Assembly: GCA_963775425.1 (NCBI GenBank)
Contig: CAVZJB010000008.1
Coordinates: 128,001 to 192,000, forward strand
Length of the DNA stretch: 64,000 nt
DNA from: an uncultured delta proteobacterium
GTDB taxonomy: Bacteria; Myxococcota; UBA727; VGSZ01
Reading direction: 5' to 3'
The translations under genes and the position numbers were made by a program. Numbering within the stretch: position 1 is the first letter of the stretch; each line of letters opens with the position of its first letter. Positions 27,108 to 36,235 of the stretch are shown in pieces. Below the pieces are notes generated by a model that did no database searches, was not told where the DNA came from, and saw nothing but the letters and a program-made list of their open reading frames with translations.

Positions 27108-28262
27108 GTGAAGCGCGCCGTCGTGCTCGGGGCCGGGCGCGTGGGGTCTGCCATGGCCGTCGACCTCGCCGGCGACGCCGCCGTCACCGTCGTCGACGCG
27201 GACGCCGCGGCGCTGTCACGCATGGCCACGCGCATCGAGAAGGCCGGCGTCAGCGTCGCCGCAAGGCAGGCCGACCTCGGTGACCCGCGCGCCGTCGCCG
27301 GCGTCGTGGACGGCGCCGACGTCGTGCTCGGCGCGCTGTCGAGCAGGCTCGGGATGCAGACGCTGCGCGCCGTCGTCGAGGCCGGCAAGCGGTACGTGGA
27401 CATCTCGTTCATGGCCGAGGACGCGCTCGCCCTCGACGCGCTCGCCAGGGAAAAGGGCGCGTGCGTCGTGGTCGACTGCGGCGTCGCCCCCGGCGTCAGC
27501 AACCTGCTCGCGGGGCACGCGGCGCGGGTGTTGTCGCCGTGCGAGAGCATCGAGATCTTCGTCGGCGGCTTGCCCGTCGAGCGCACCTGGCCCTTCGAGT
27601 ACAAGGCGGGCTTCGCCCCGTTCGACGTCATCGAGGAGTACGTCCGCCCCGCGCGCCTGGTGCAGGGCGGCAAGGTGGTGGTGAAGGAGGCGCTGTCGGA
27701 GCCCGAGCGCATCGACTTCGCCGGCGTCGGCACGCTCGAGGCGTTCAACACCGACGGCCTGCGCTCGCTGACCACCACGCTCGCGGTGCCCGACATGCGC
27801 GAAAAGACCTTGCGCTACCCCGGCCACGCGGAGCTCATGCGCGTGCTGCGCGCCACCGGCCTGTTCGACACGGAGCCCGTCGACGTCAAAGGCGCCAAGG
27901 TCGTCCCGCGCGACGTCGCCGCGGCGCTCCTGTTCCCGCGTTGGTCGTTCGCGCCCGGCGAAGCGGACCTCACGGTGCTGCGCGTCGCCGCCGTCGGCGA
28001 GAACGAAAACGGCGTCCGCGTGCGCATGTGCTGGGACATGCTCGACCGCTACGACGCCGACGCCGGCATGCACGCCATGGCGCGCACCACCGCGTTCCCC
28101 GCCACCGCCGTCGCGCGCCGCATGCTCGCCGGCCAGGTGACGGCGCCCGGCGTGGTGGCTCCGGAGGCGCTCGCCGCCGACACGGCCGTCGTCGACGCGG
28201 TGCTGAAGGACCTCGAGCGCCGCGGCATCCGCATCACGCTCACCGTCGCCGAGCTCCCTTAG
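27108..28262 (+). CDS. Saccharopine dehydrogenase / lysine 6-dehydrogenase family oxidoreductase
   Basis: VLGAGRVG, YVDISF, DCGVAPG.SN, EKTLRYPGH and MARTT motifs. Confidence 0.88.
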   Translation: MKRAVVLGAGRVGSAMAVDLAGDAAVTVVDADAAALSRMATRIEKAGVSVAARQADLGDPRAVAGVVDGADVVLGALSSRLGMQTLRAVVEAGKRYVDISFMAEDALALDALAREKGACVVVDCGVAPGVSNLLAGHAARVLSPCESIEIFVGGLPVERTWPFEYKAGFAPFDVIEEYVRPARLVQGGKVVVKEALSEPERIDFAGVGTLEAFNTDGLRSLTTTLAVPDMREKTLRYPGHAELMRVLRATGLFDTEPVDVKGAKVVPRDVAAALLFPRWSFAPGEADLTVLRVAAVGENENGVRVRMCWDMLDRYDADAGMHAMARTTAFPATAVARRMLAGQVTAPGVVAPEALAADTAVVDAVLKDLERRGIRITLTVAELP

Positions 28263-28369
28263 AACGCCGAACACCGTCATGCCTCCCCGCTCGCCGATCA
28301 CGCTGAGCCGGGTCCGAACGCTCGCGGCAACCTGATCGGTGTTTTAGGCGGTCGACGACGAGCCGGCGC

Positions 28370-29620
28370 TTACAGGCGGATCTTGAGCGTCCGCAGCGTG
28401 AACCAGAAGGCGCCGACGCCGAACGCTGCGGTGATGGTCATGATCATCATCAGCAGGAAGACGACGTCATCGCCGTAGGTGCCCTTGAGCGAGCCGATGA
28501 GCCGCTCCTGCACCACCGGGCCGATGGCGCCGCAGCCGTTGATGATGCCGGCGGCGCGCGCCGCCTGCTCGCGCGTGCCGGTGTCCATGGCGCCGGCGCC
28601 GGACAGGAGCGAGTCGGGCCCCATCACCATGAAGCCGACGAGGCCGAGCAGCGCCACGAACGCCGTGGGTGAGCTCAGGCCCACGCCGTACATCAACGAA
28701 GTGGCCGCCACGCAGCCGAGCGTCATCAAGAAGATGACGTTCAAGCGCGAGCCCTTGAACCACTTGTCCGACGCCCAGCCGGCGGCGAGCACGCCGAGGA
28801 AGCCGATCCAGTCGAACGCCGTCGACAGATACCCGGCGATCTCGGTGCGGATGTGGAAGTGCTCGGAGAGGATGAGCGCCGACCAACTGTCGAGCGCGTA
28901 ACGCACGAACTTGAAGGCGAAGTAGATGACGCCCATGGCGACGACGAGCATGGTCTGGCGTCGCCTTTGCGCCGACGGGTTCGGCGCGCCCGGATCGGTG
29001 ACGTCCTCGGGGGAGTCGTCGAAGGGGTTCATGCCCGCGTCCGTCGGACGCTCCTTGGCGAAGATCGCGAAGAACACGACGACGCCGGCGAGCAACACGC
29101 TCGAGCCCCAGAACGACCACGCCAGCCCGAGCCAGCCGAACATGAACGCCGCGAACGCCTTCGCGAAGATGGAGCCGAGCTGGTAGCAGGTGGCCCACAT
29201 CGCCATGACGCCGCCGCGCTCGTGGCGCTGGGTCCACTTGGCCATGAGCCCGACGTTGCACGGCCACCCCGTCGCCTGCGCGATGCCGTGAACGGCCATC
29301 ACGACGAAGATCGCCGGCGTGGCCGAGGGGCCGATGGGCAGGAGCAGGCCCATGGCGAGGTTGCACGCGACGGACACGCTCATGCCCACCACGAGCTGGC
29401 GCTTGTTGGTCATGCGCCGCGACAGCCACGCCGAGACGAACTGGCCGACGGCGTAGCTGATGAGGAACGTGGCCCACAGGTTGGACACGCCGGCGTCGTT
29501 GAGGTCGAGGGCGTGCTTGATGGGCCCTTTGACGACGGGGAAGACTTTTCGCGTGGCGTAAAACCCGGCGTACGAGAGCCACGTGGCGGCGAACAACTGG
29601 AGGCGCGGGCTCATCTTCAT
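28370..29620 (-). CDS. MFS transporter, organophosphate:Pi antiporter (GlpT/UhpC-like) family
   Basis: Y..FYATRK, QATGWP, W...ERG..M..W, GW.SDK and GIING.G motifs; about 12 TM segments. Confidence 0.85.
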   Translation of the reverse strand: MKMSPRLQLFAATWLSYAGFYATRKVFPVVKGPIKHALDLNDAGVSNLWATFLISYAVGQFVSAWLSRRMTNKRQLVVGMSVSVACNLAMGLLLPIGPSATPAIFVVMAVHGIAQATGWPCNVGLMAKWTQRHERGGVMAMWATCYQLGSIFAKAFAAFMFGWLGLAWSFWGSSVLLAGVVVFFAIFAKERPTDAGMNPFDDSPEDVTDPGAPNPSAQRRRQTMLVVAMGVIYFAFKFVRYALDSWSALILSEHFHIRTEIAGYLSTAFDWIGFLGVLAAGWASDKWFKGSRLNVIFLMTLGCVAATSLMYGVGLSSPTAFVALLGLVGFMVMGPDSLLSGAGAMDTGTREQAARAAGIINGCGAIGPVVQERLIGSLKGTYGDDVVFLLMMIMTITAAFGVGAFWFTLRTLKIRL

Positions 29621-29678
29621 GTGCGCGCCACGAGGTCACACGACGAGCGATCGGGCAATGCGGCATCGGGCGCCGGCC

Positions 29679-30734
29679 TCATTGCGGAGCTCCGCGCGGC
29701 ATCGCGATCACCACCTTGCCGCGCGCGCGGTGGCCGGCGACGTAGGCGAGCGCGTCTCTCACCGCGGCTTCTTCGAAGTCGACGACGCGGTCCACGGTGG
29801 GGACGATCCCCGGCGCAAGGATGAAGCGATCGATGGCGGCGAAGTCCGGCGCGAGCGGACCGGCGAACACGTAGCGCGGCCCCGAGACGCGCGAGCGCAG
29901 CCACGACCAACCGATGCGGCCGAGCATCCCGCCGAGGCCGACGACGCCGAGCTTGCGCTCGCCGACGTGCGGCTCAGGCCCGACGACGGTGACGAAGGCG
30001 CCGCGCGGCGACGTCACCGCCCGCGCCTGCGCCTCGACGGCGGCGCCGCCGACGAGGTCGACGACGACGTCGACGGGCTCTCGCACCTGTTCCGAAAACG
30101 GCGCCTCGCGGTAATCGAGCACGCGCTCGGCGCCGAGCCCTTCCACGAGCGCGCGGTTCTCGCCGCTGCACACGCCCCACACGCGCGCGCCGGCGCGCGC
30201 AAGCGCGGGCACCAGCAGGGTGCCGATGCTGCCCGAGGCGCCCACGACGACGACGCGCTTGCCGCCGGCGTCGCCGACGGCCGCCAGGATGCTGCACGTG
30301 ACCATGCCGCCGAGGCACAGGCTCGCGGCCTGCTCCGCCGAGTAGCCCTGGGGCAGGGGAGCGAGGTACGCGGCCTTGGCGACGCCGTATTCGGCCCAGG
30401 GGCCCGCGAGCTTCGGTGAGCGCAAGCCGTAGACCCGTTGGCCCACCTCGACGCCGCGCGCGGGGGCGCCGGCGCGCGCGCCGACGGCGTCGACGACGCC
30501 GGCGAGGTCGACGCCGGGCACCCACGGCCGCTGCGGCGTGGGCCTGGGCGCGACGGGGACGCCGCCGAACATCGTGCCCTCGGCGAGGTGCTGGTCGTCG
30601 ACGTTGATGGCCGCGGCCTCGATGCGCACGCGCACCTCGCCCGGCCCCGGCTCCGGCACCGGCAGGTCCATCATGCGCAGCGAGGTGCGCAGCTCGCCGA
30701 CGCCCGGGCGCCGATCGATCGCGAGCGCCTTCAC
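29679..30734 (-). CDS. NADP-dependent MDR-family oxidoreductase (quinone oxidoreductase-like)
   Basis: PGPGEVRVRI.AAAIN, PG.DLAGVV, GASGSIG and ARGKVVI motifs; GTG start overlaps the HAD stop codon. Confidence 0.88.
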   Translation of the reverse strand: MKALAIDRRPGVGELRTSLRMMDLPVPEPGPGEVRVRIEAAAINVDDQHLAEGTMFGGVPVAPRPTPQRPWVPGVDLAGVVDAVGARAGAPARGVEVGQRVYGLRSPKLAGPWAEYGVAKAAYLAPLPQGYSAEQAASLCLGGMVTCSILAAVGDAGGKRVVVVGASGSIGTLLVPALARAGARVWGVCSGENRALVEGLGAERVLDYREAPFSEQVREPVDVVVDLVGGAAVEAQARAVTSPRGAFVTVVGPEPHVGERKLGVVGLGGMLGRIGWSWLRSRVSGPRYVFAGPLAPDFAAIDRFILAPGIVPTVDRVVDFEEAAVRDALAYVAGHRARGKVVIAMPRGAPQ

Positions 30735-31426
30735 GACATGAGCTCGCGCCAGAAGCCGGCCGGGAGCGCGGCGTAGTGCGCGAACGCGTCGTCGGCGAGG
30801 CCAAGGCAGACGTCGGGCTCCGCGCAGCGGTGGAGCACCAGGCGGGTGCGCATGCCGGCGGCGCGGGCGGCCTCGAGCCCGGCGCTGCTGTCCTCGAAGA
30901 CGACGCACGCGCCGGCCGACAGCGCGTCGCCTTCGCTGCCCGCGCCGGCGCTCGCCGCCGCGCGCGCGAGCCGGTCGAGGCCGGCGCGGAAGCAGTCGGG
31001 GGCGGGCTTCGGGTGCGCCACGTCCTCGGCACCCACGACGACGGAGACGGCGTCGCGCACGCCGAGCTTGTCGAGCAGGCGCTCGACGAGCGCGCGCGGG
31101 CTCGACGAGACCACGGCCACGGGGGCGACGGCGGCGGCGGCGCGCACGGCGTCGGCGGCGCCGGGGATGGGGGCCATGCCGTCGACGTCGGCGCTCCACG
31201 CGTCGACGAGCGCGCCCCCGAGGGCGTCGTCGTCGACGTCGAGCGCGCCGTAGCGCGCGCGCAGCGCCCGGGCGATGTCCCCCCAGGTGCGGCCGCGCGT
31301 CTGTGACGGCGGCAGCGACGCGCCCGCGTGGCCGAAGCGCGCCATCACCGCGGCGACGGCGGCGTCGGTCTGGCCCTCGCTGTCGACGAGGGTGCCGTCC
31401 ATGTCGAAGAGCACCGCTCCGCGCAT
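30731..31426 (-). CDS. HAD-superfamily phosphatase (beta-PGM/CbbY-like)
   Basis: FDMDGTLVDS, VSSS, KPAPD and FEDS..G motifs. Confidence 0.9.
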   Translation of the reverse strand: MRGAVLFDMDGTLVDSEGQTDAAVAAVMARFGHAGASLPPSQTRGRTWGDIARALRARYGALDVDDDALGGALVDAWSADVDGMAPIPGAADAVRAAAAVAPVAVVSSSPRALVERLLDKLGVRDAVSVVVGAEDVAHPKPAPDCFRAGLDRLARAAASAGAGSEGDALSAGACVVFEDSSAGLEAARAAGMRTRLVLHRCAEPDVCLGLADDAFAHYAALPAGFWRELMS

Positions 31427-31559
31427 CGACCGCTTCTACCGCTTGTGCGCGAGGACGGAAGACGAAAGTGCCCTGCGTGGGGCGCGCCGTGCCTCTTGGC
31501 TCGTTGTCGGGGTGACCCGAGGCATGTGCAAACACGACGCGGCGCAGTACAGATCTTTC

Positions 31560-32816
31560 ATGCTCGAGGTCGGGGCGCGCGTGCGCGGTTGGACGGTCAC
31601 CATGCCGCTCGATTCGTCGACGGGGATGGCGGCGCTGTTGGCCGAAGACGCGTCCGGCCGCTCCGTGGTGCTGCGCGTGCCCGAGGACCTCGCCGGCATC
31701 GAGCGCATTCGCCAGGAGGCAGACCTCGCCCGGCTGCACGTGCACGAAGGCCTGGTGGCGTGCGTCGGCATCGTCGAGCACAACGGCTGGCCGGTGCAGA
31801 TCGTCGAGCACGTCGACGGCATGACCCTCGACGCGCTGGGGCTGATCGCGGGGGCGCTGCCGCCGCAGGCGCTGTGCCGCGTGGGCCGGCAGATCGCGCT
31901 CGCCCTCGTCGAGCTCCACGAGCGGCCGCCGTTTCTGTTTCACGGGGCGCTCTCCGCCGAGCGCATCGTCGTCGACGACGGCGGCAACGCCCGCCTGGCG
32001 GACCTCGGGCGCTGGCGCCCGCAGGACAACCTGCGGCTCATCTCACCGGAGCGCCGCGCGGTGCAGGGAAAGCCCACGGCCGCGGACGACCTGTGGGCTC
32101 TCGGCATGATCCTCGCCGAGCTCGCCCTCGGCCACCCGCTCGAGACCGGCGGCGCCTTCCTCGACGTGCGCGTGCTCGCGGGCGCGCTGCCCGATCGCCT
32201 CGTGGACGCGCTGGCCGTCCTCGTGGGGCCGGCGGCGGCGCGCCTCAGAAACGCCACCGCCGCGGTGCGCGTCTTCACCGAGCTCGAAAAGATCTACGGC
32301 GACGGCGCCCGCGCGCTGCGCGACGGGCTGGCCCACGCCCGCCTCGGCAGCGCGTTCAGCCTCGGCGGCGACGACGACGACGACGACGAGCACCCGGTGA
32401 CCCAACCCGACCGCGACAAGGCGCTGTTCGGCGGCATGCTCAAAGATGCCGGCGCCGACGACGCCGGCCCGGCCACCGTCGAGATCCCGCGCACCATCGA
32501 GATGTCCAGAGACGCCGTCCTCGGCGTGGCCGACCTGCGCCGGCTGCTGCAAGGTCCGCAGCCCGCGGTCGACACGGTGCCCCTCGCCGTGACGGACGAG
32601 CCCGCGCGCCCCCGCGTGCGGCGCGACGATCTCGACGACGAACGCACCGATGATCGAGCGGGTGAGCGGGGCGACGTCGCGGGCGTCGACGTCGACGCGC
32701 GCGCCGACGTCCTCGCCGCCGGCCTCGGCGGGCGCGGGGCGATGATCGCCGCCGGCGTCGCCGTGCTCGCGGCGCTCCTCGCGGTGTCCTTCGTCCTCGG
32801 CATGGCGATGCGCTGA
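31560..32816 (+). CDS. Ser/Thr protein kinase-like protein, probable pseudokinase, with C-terminal TM anchor
   Basis: VEHVDG.TL, FHGALSAERI (HRD position), ADLG (DFG position), SPE, DLWALG; hydrophobic C-terminus. Confidence 0.75.
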   Translation: MLEVGARVRGWTVTMPLDSSTGMAALLAEDASGRSVVLRVPEDLAGIERIRQEADLARLHVHEGLVACVGIVEHNGWPVQIVEHVDGMTLDALGLIAGALPPQALCRVGRQIALALVELHERPPFLFHGALSAERIVVDDGGNARLADLGRWRPQDNLRLISPERRAVQGKPTAADDLWALGMILAELALGHPLETGGAFLDVRVLAGALPDRLVDALAVLVGPAAARLRNATAAVRVFTELEKIYGDGARALRDGLAHARLGSAFSLGGDDDDDDEHPVTQPDRDKALFGGMLKDAGADDAGPATVEIPRTIEMSRDAVLGVADLRRLLQGPQPAVDTVPLAVTDEPARPRVRRDDLDDERTDDRAGERGDVAGVDVDARADVLAAGLGGRGAMIAAGVAVLAALLAVSFVLGMAMR

Positions 32817-32819
32817 GCC

Positions 32820-33545
32820 ATGCGCTGGTTGTTGCTCAGAGGCCTGGCGCGTGAACAGCGGCACTTCGGGTCGTTCCCGCAGACGTTCAGCGCGCGCGTC
32901 GGCGACGACGCGGTCACCATCGATCTGCCCGGGTTCGGCACGGAGCACGAGCGCGACAGCCCGCTCACCATCAGCGGCATCGTCGACGACGTCCGCGGCC
33001 GCTTCCGGCGCGACGCGGGCCCGTGGTCCATCTTCGCCATCTCCCTCGGGGGCATGGTCGCGCTCGACTGGGCCGCGCGGTACCCCGGCGACTTCGAGCG
33101 CGTCGTCGTCGCCAACACCAGCGCCGCCGACCTGTCGCGTCCGTGGGAGCGCTTCTCGACGAAGGTCTGGCCGCGCCTGCCGAGGATGGTCACGGGCACG
33201 CTGCCCGTCGCGCGCGAGCGCGCGGTCCTCGACATCACGAGCAACTCCACCGTCGTCGACAAGGACGCCCTCGCCCGCACGTGGGCCGGCTACTTCGCCG
33301 AGCGCCCGCCGCGTCGCCGCGCCTTCGCCTGCCAGCTCGCGGCCGCGACGCGCTCGCGCCTGCCCAAGCGCATCGACGCGAACGTCCTCGTGCTGACGTC
33401 CCGCGCCGACCGCCTCGTGTCGTGGCGCTGCTCCGAGAAGATCGCGCGCGCGCTCGGCGCGCCGCTGTGCGTCCACGATGCGGCGGGGCACGATCTCTCC
33501 CTCGACGCGCCCGAATGGGTCTGCGACAAGATCGCCTCGTCATGA
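32820..33545 (+). CDS. Alpha/beta hydrolase
   Basis: LLRGL, IDLPG.G, nucleophile motif AISLGG, D.LV and GHD. Confidence 0.88.
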   Translation: MRWLLLRGLAREQRHFGSFPQTFSARVGDDAVTIDLPGFGTEHERDSPLTISGIVDDVRGRFRRDAGPWSIFAISLGGMVALDWAARYPGDFERVVVANTSAADLSRPWERFSTKVWPRLPRMVTGTLPVARERAVLDITSNSTVVDKDALARTWAGYFAERPPRRRAFACQLAAATRSRLPKRIDANVLVLTSRADRLVSWRCSEKIARALGAPLCVHDAAGHDLSLDAPEWVCDKIASS

Positions 33546-34132
33546 CGACCGCCGCCGCCTTCGCCCTCGCGCTCACCGCCGCCCTGCCCGGCAAGGCGCC
33601 GGCGCAGCTCGATCACGGCGACATCGTCGTCACCACCCGCGTCGTCGCCGGCAGCCCCATCCCCGAGGCCACGGTGCGCGCGGTGATCGACGCGCCGCCG
33701 GAGAAGGTGTGGTCCGTGGTGCAGGACTGCGCCAACTACAAGACCACCATGCCGAACATCGCCGCCAGCGTGGAGGTGTCGCGCGAGAAGCCGGTCGCCG
33801 CCGACGGGCCCGACGCCGCCGAGGTGCGCACCTGCCGCGTCGTCGCCGACCTGCCGTTTCCGTTCGCCGATCTCACGAGCGTCACGCGCGGCGTGCACCG
33901 CATCGTCCCCGGCAAGAGCTGGTCGCGCACATGGCAGCTCGTCTCCGGCGACTACGTGACCAACGAGGGGCACTGGCTCGTGAAGCCCTGGGGCGAAGAC
34001 GGCAAGCAATCGCTCGTCGAGTACCGCATCCACGCCGTGCCCAAGGTGTCCCTCCCCGACTGGCTCGTGTCCGCCATCGAGGAGGGCAAGATGCCCGAGA
34101 TGATGAAGAACCTGCGCAAGCGAGTCCGCTGA
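33542..34132 (+). CDS. SRPBCC/polyketide-cyclase (START-like) protein
   Basis: AVIDAPPEKVWSVV.D..NY...MP motif; ATGA overlap with the upstream gene. Confidence 0.8.
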   Translation: MTTAAAFALALTAALPGKAPAQLDHGDIVVTTRVVAGSPIPEATVRAVIDAPPEKVWSVVQDCANYKTTMPNIAASVEVSREKPVAADGPDAAEVRTCRVVADLPFPFADLTSVTRGVHRIVPGKSWSRTWQLVSGDYVTNEGHWLVKPWGEDGKQSLVEYRIHAVPKVSLPDWLVSAIEEGKMPEMMKNLRKRVR

Positions 34133-34191
34133 GCATTCGCGTGCGCGTCACCTTTGCGCGCAGCGGCGGTCCGCGCGACCCGGTGGACCAC

Positions 34192-34246
34192 TGCCAATCT
34201 GGCAAAGGTCGTCGCCGCGGGCCGCCGGCGGTCTGCCAACGTGGCA
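34192..34246. promoter_or_regulatory. Two palindromic sites TGCCA-N3-TGGCA, candidate activator binding sites
   Basis: TGCCAATCTGGCA 34192-34204 and TGCCAACGTGGCA 34234-34246, 42 bp apart. Confidence 0.55.
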
Positions 34247-34311
34247 GCAGATCAGGCCGGCCGGCACGCGCATCTGCTTGATCTTGCGCGACTTTTTCGG
34301 AATGTTGCGGC

Positions 34312-34327
34312 CGGCTCGCGCTTTGCT
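34312..34327 (+). promoter_or_regulatory. Putative sigma54 promoter of the T2SS operon
   Basis: CGGCTCGCGCTTTGCT matches TGGCACG-N4-TTGCW with correct GG-N10-GC spacing. Confidence 0.5.
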
Positions 34328-34389
34328 TCGGGGAGGCGCGGTCTGGCCGGCGGCAGGAGCCGCGGGCGAGCGGGTGTCCGAGGAGAGCA

Positions 34390-35430
34390 ATGCGTCACGC
34401 AGTCGAGTCGTTCTTCAAGCGCCGCTTCTACGTCGTGCACCTGCTGCTGCTGGCGGTGGCGGCGGTGCTGTGCGCGCGCACCACCACGGCGGTGGCGGGC
34501 CACTTCGTCGCCGAGCGCATCAAGGAGAAGGCCGGCGCGAACAAGCCGCACGCCCGCGTGCCTCCGCCGCGCGTCGGACCTGCGCGCGACTTCAATCGCG
34601 TCTCCGAGGAGAACATCTTCGACGGTAAGCGCGAGGTGGTGGCCACGCAGGCGGTCGCGCCCGTCGACACCGGGTCCGAGCACGACGCCAACGAGTGCGA
34701 AGGGGCGCCGGCGACCACGCTGCGCCTGCGCCTGGTGGGCACGGTGGTGTTCAGCGAGCAGGAGAGCTCGGTGGCGTCCATCGTCGACGAGAGCCAGGGC
34801 TCGCGGGCGGAGGCCTCGATGTACTCCATCAACGACTGCGACGACGACGCCGCCGCCGCCGTCGACGACGAGGACCCCGACGCCAAGCTCGCCGCCAAGC
34901 CGGCGCCGTGCAGCCGCGTCGGCGACAGCGCCGTGCTCAAGCGCATCGAGCCCGAGACCGTGTGCATCTGGAACGACAGCGAGCACCGGATGGAGTCGCT
35001 CGACATCGCCGCCAAGGCCGCGCCGCGCGCACCTCTCGCGCGCGCCTCGCGCGCGCCGCCCCGGCGACGCGACGACAATCTCGGCGCCAGCATCCACAAG
35101 ACCGGCGACAACAGCTACGAGGTTGGCCAGTCCGAGGTGGACAAGGCGCTCAACAACCTCGCCCAGCTCTCGACGCAGGCGCGCATCGTGCCCGCGTTCG
35201 AGGGCGGAAAGACCGTCGGCTTCAAGCTCTTCTCCATTCGGCCGGGCTCGCTGTACTCCAAGGTCGGCCTGCAAAACGGCGACGTCATCACCCGCATCAA
35301 CGGCTACGAGATGACGAGCCCCGAAAAGGGCCTCGAGATCTACACCAAGCTCAAGGACTCCAAGGCCGTCACCGTCGACCTCAAGCGCCGCGGGAAGCCG
35401 CTGTCCCTCGACTACAACATCGTCCAATAG
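34390..35430 (+). CDS. gspC: Type II secretion protein GspC (TM-HR-PDZ)
   Basis: N-terminal TM, LRLVGTV HR domain, PDZ GFKLFSIRPGSLY..GLQNGDVI..ING; first gene of the gsp cluster. Confidence 0.9.
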   Translation: MRHAVESFFKRRFYVVHLLLLAVAAVLCARTTTAVAGHFVAERIKEKAGANKPHARVPPPRVGPARDFNRVSEENIFDGKREVVATQAVAPVDTGSEHDANECEGAPATTLRLRLVGTVVFSEQESSVASIVDESQGSRAEASMYSINDCDDDAAAAVDDEDPDAKLAAKPAPCSRVGDSAVLKRIEPETVCIWNDSEHRMESLDIAAKAAPRAPLARASRAPPRRRDDNLGASIHKTGDNSYEVGQSEVDKALNNLAQLSTQARIVPAFEGGKTVGFKLFSIRPGSLYSKVGLQNGDVITRINGYEMTSPEKGLEIYTKLKDSKAVTVDLKRRGKPLSLDYNIVQ

Positions 35431-35439
35431 GGACCCCGC

Positions 35440-35874
35440 ATGCTCAGCGTCGCCCCTCGTCTGCCCCTGCTCCCCGTCGTCGCCGCCGCGTGCGTCGTCG
35501 CGCTCGCCGTGGCTTTGACGTGCGGGCACGGCAGCGCCCCGGCGGCGGAGGAGCCGCACTTCGCGGTCTCTCTCGCGCGCTTCGATGCCGTGCTCGCCCA
35601 TCCCCGCGAGGCCGCCGGCGACTCGCGCGCCGTGCCCGCGGTCGAGGGCGGGCGCGTCGTGGGGCTCAAGCTGTTCTCCATCCGGCCGGGCTCCACGCTC
35701 GACGAGCTCGGGCTGAACAACGGCGACGTCGTCCTGCGCATCAACGGCCACGAGCTGACGAGCGCCGAAAAGACCCTCGAGCTCTACACGTCGCTCCCGG
35801 ACGCCAGCTCCATCGTCGTCGACATCGAGCGGCGCGGCGCGCCCCTGGCCTTGCACTACGACATCGTGCCCTGA
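35440..35874 (+). CDS. Short GspC-like protein (TM/lipobox + PDZ only)
   Basis: GLKLFSIRPGSTL..LGLNNGDVV.RING, closely similar to the GspC PDZ domain; no HR domain. Confidence 0.8.
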   Translation: MLSVAPRLPLLPVVAAACVVALAVALTCGHGSAPAAEEPHFAVSLARFDAVLAHPREAAGDSRAVPAVEGGRVVGLKLFSIRPGSTLDELGLNNGDVVLRINGHELTSAEKTLELYTSLPDASSIVVDIERRGAPLALHYDIVP

Positions 35875-35882
35875 GGAAACGC

Positions 35883-36230
35883 ATGGAAGCCTTGTCCCTC
35901 CGCCTGCCGCTCCTCTCCGTCGTCGCCGCCGGCGCCGTCGCGGCGCTGCCCATCGTCGCCGTCGTCGCCATCCGCGCGCCGTCGCCCGTCGAGGCGGTGG
36001 CGCCGCCGTCGCCGGACACGCCGGCGCTCGCGCCGCGCGGCTTCCGGCTCGAGAGCGTTCCGCCGGGCTCCTTCGCCGCGCGCCTCGGTCTGAAGAGCGG
36101 GGACGTCGTCGTCTCCGTCGACGGCGCCCCCTTCGCGGGCCCCGAGGCCATCCTGCAGGACAGCGGCGGCGAGCTCGTCATCGACATCATTCGCAACGGT
36201 CAGCACGGCACGCTCCATCACACCCTTTGA
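35883..36230 (+). CDS. Second short GspC-like PDZ protein
   Basis: N-terminus RLPLL.VVAA shared with the previous gene; GFRLESVPPGSFAARLGLKSGDVVVSVDG PDZ. Confidence 0.75.
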   Translation: MEALSLRLPLLSVVAAGAVAALPIVAVVAIRAPSPVEAVAPPSPDTPALAPRGFRLESVPPGSFAARLGLKSGDVVVSVDGAPFAGPEAILQDSGGELVIDIIRNGQHGTLHHTL

Positions 36231-36235
36231 GAATC

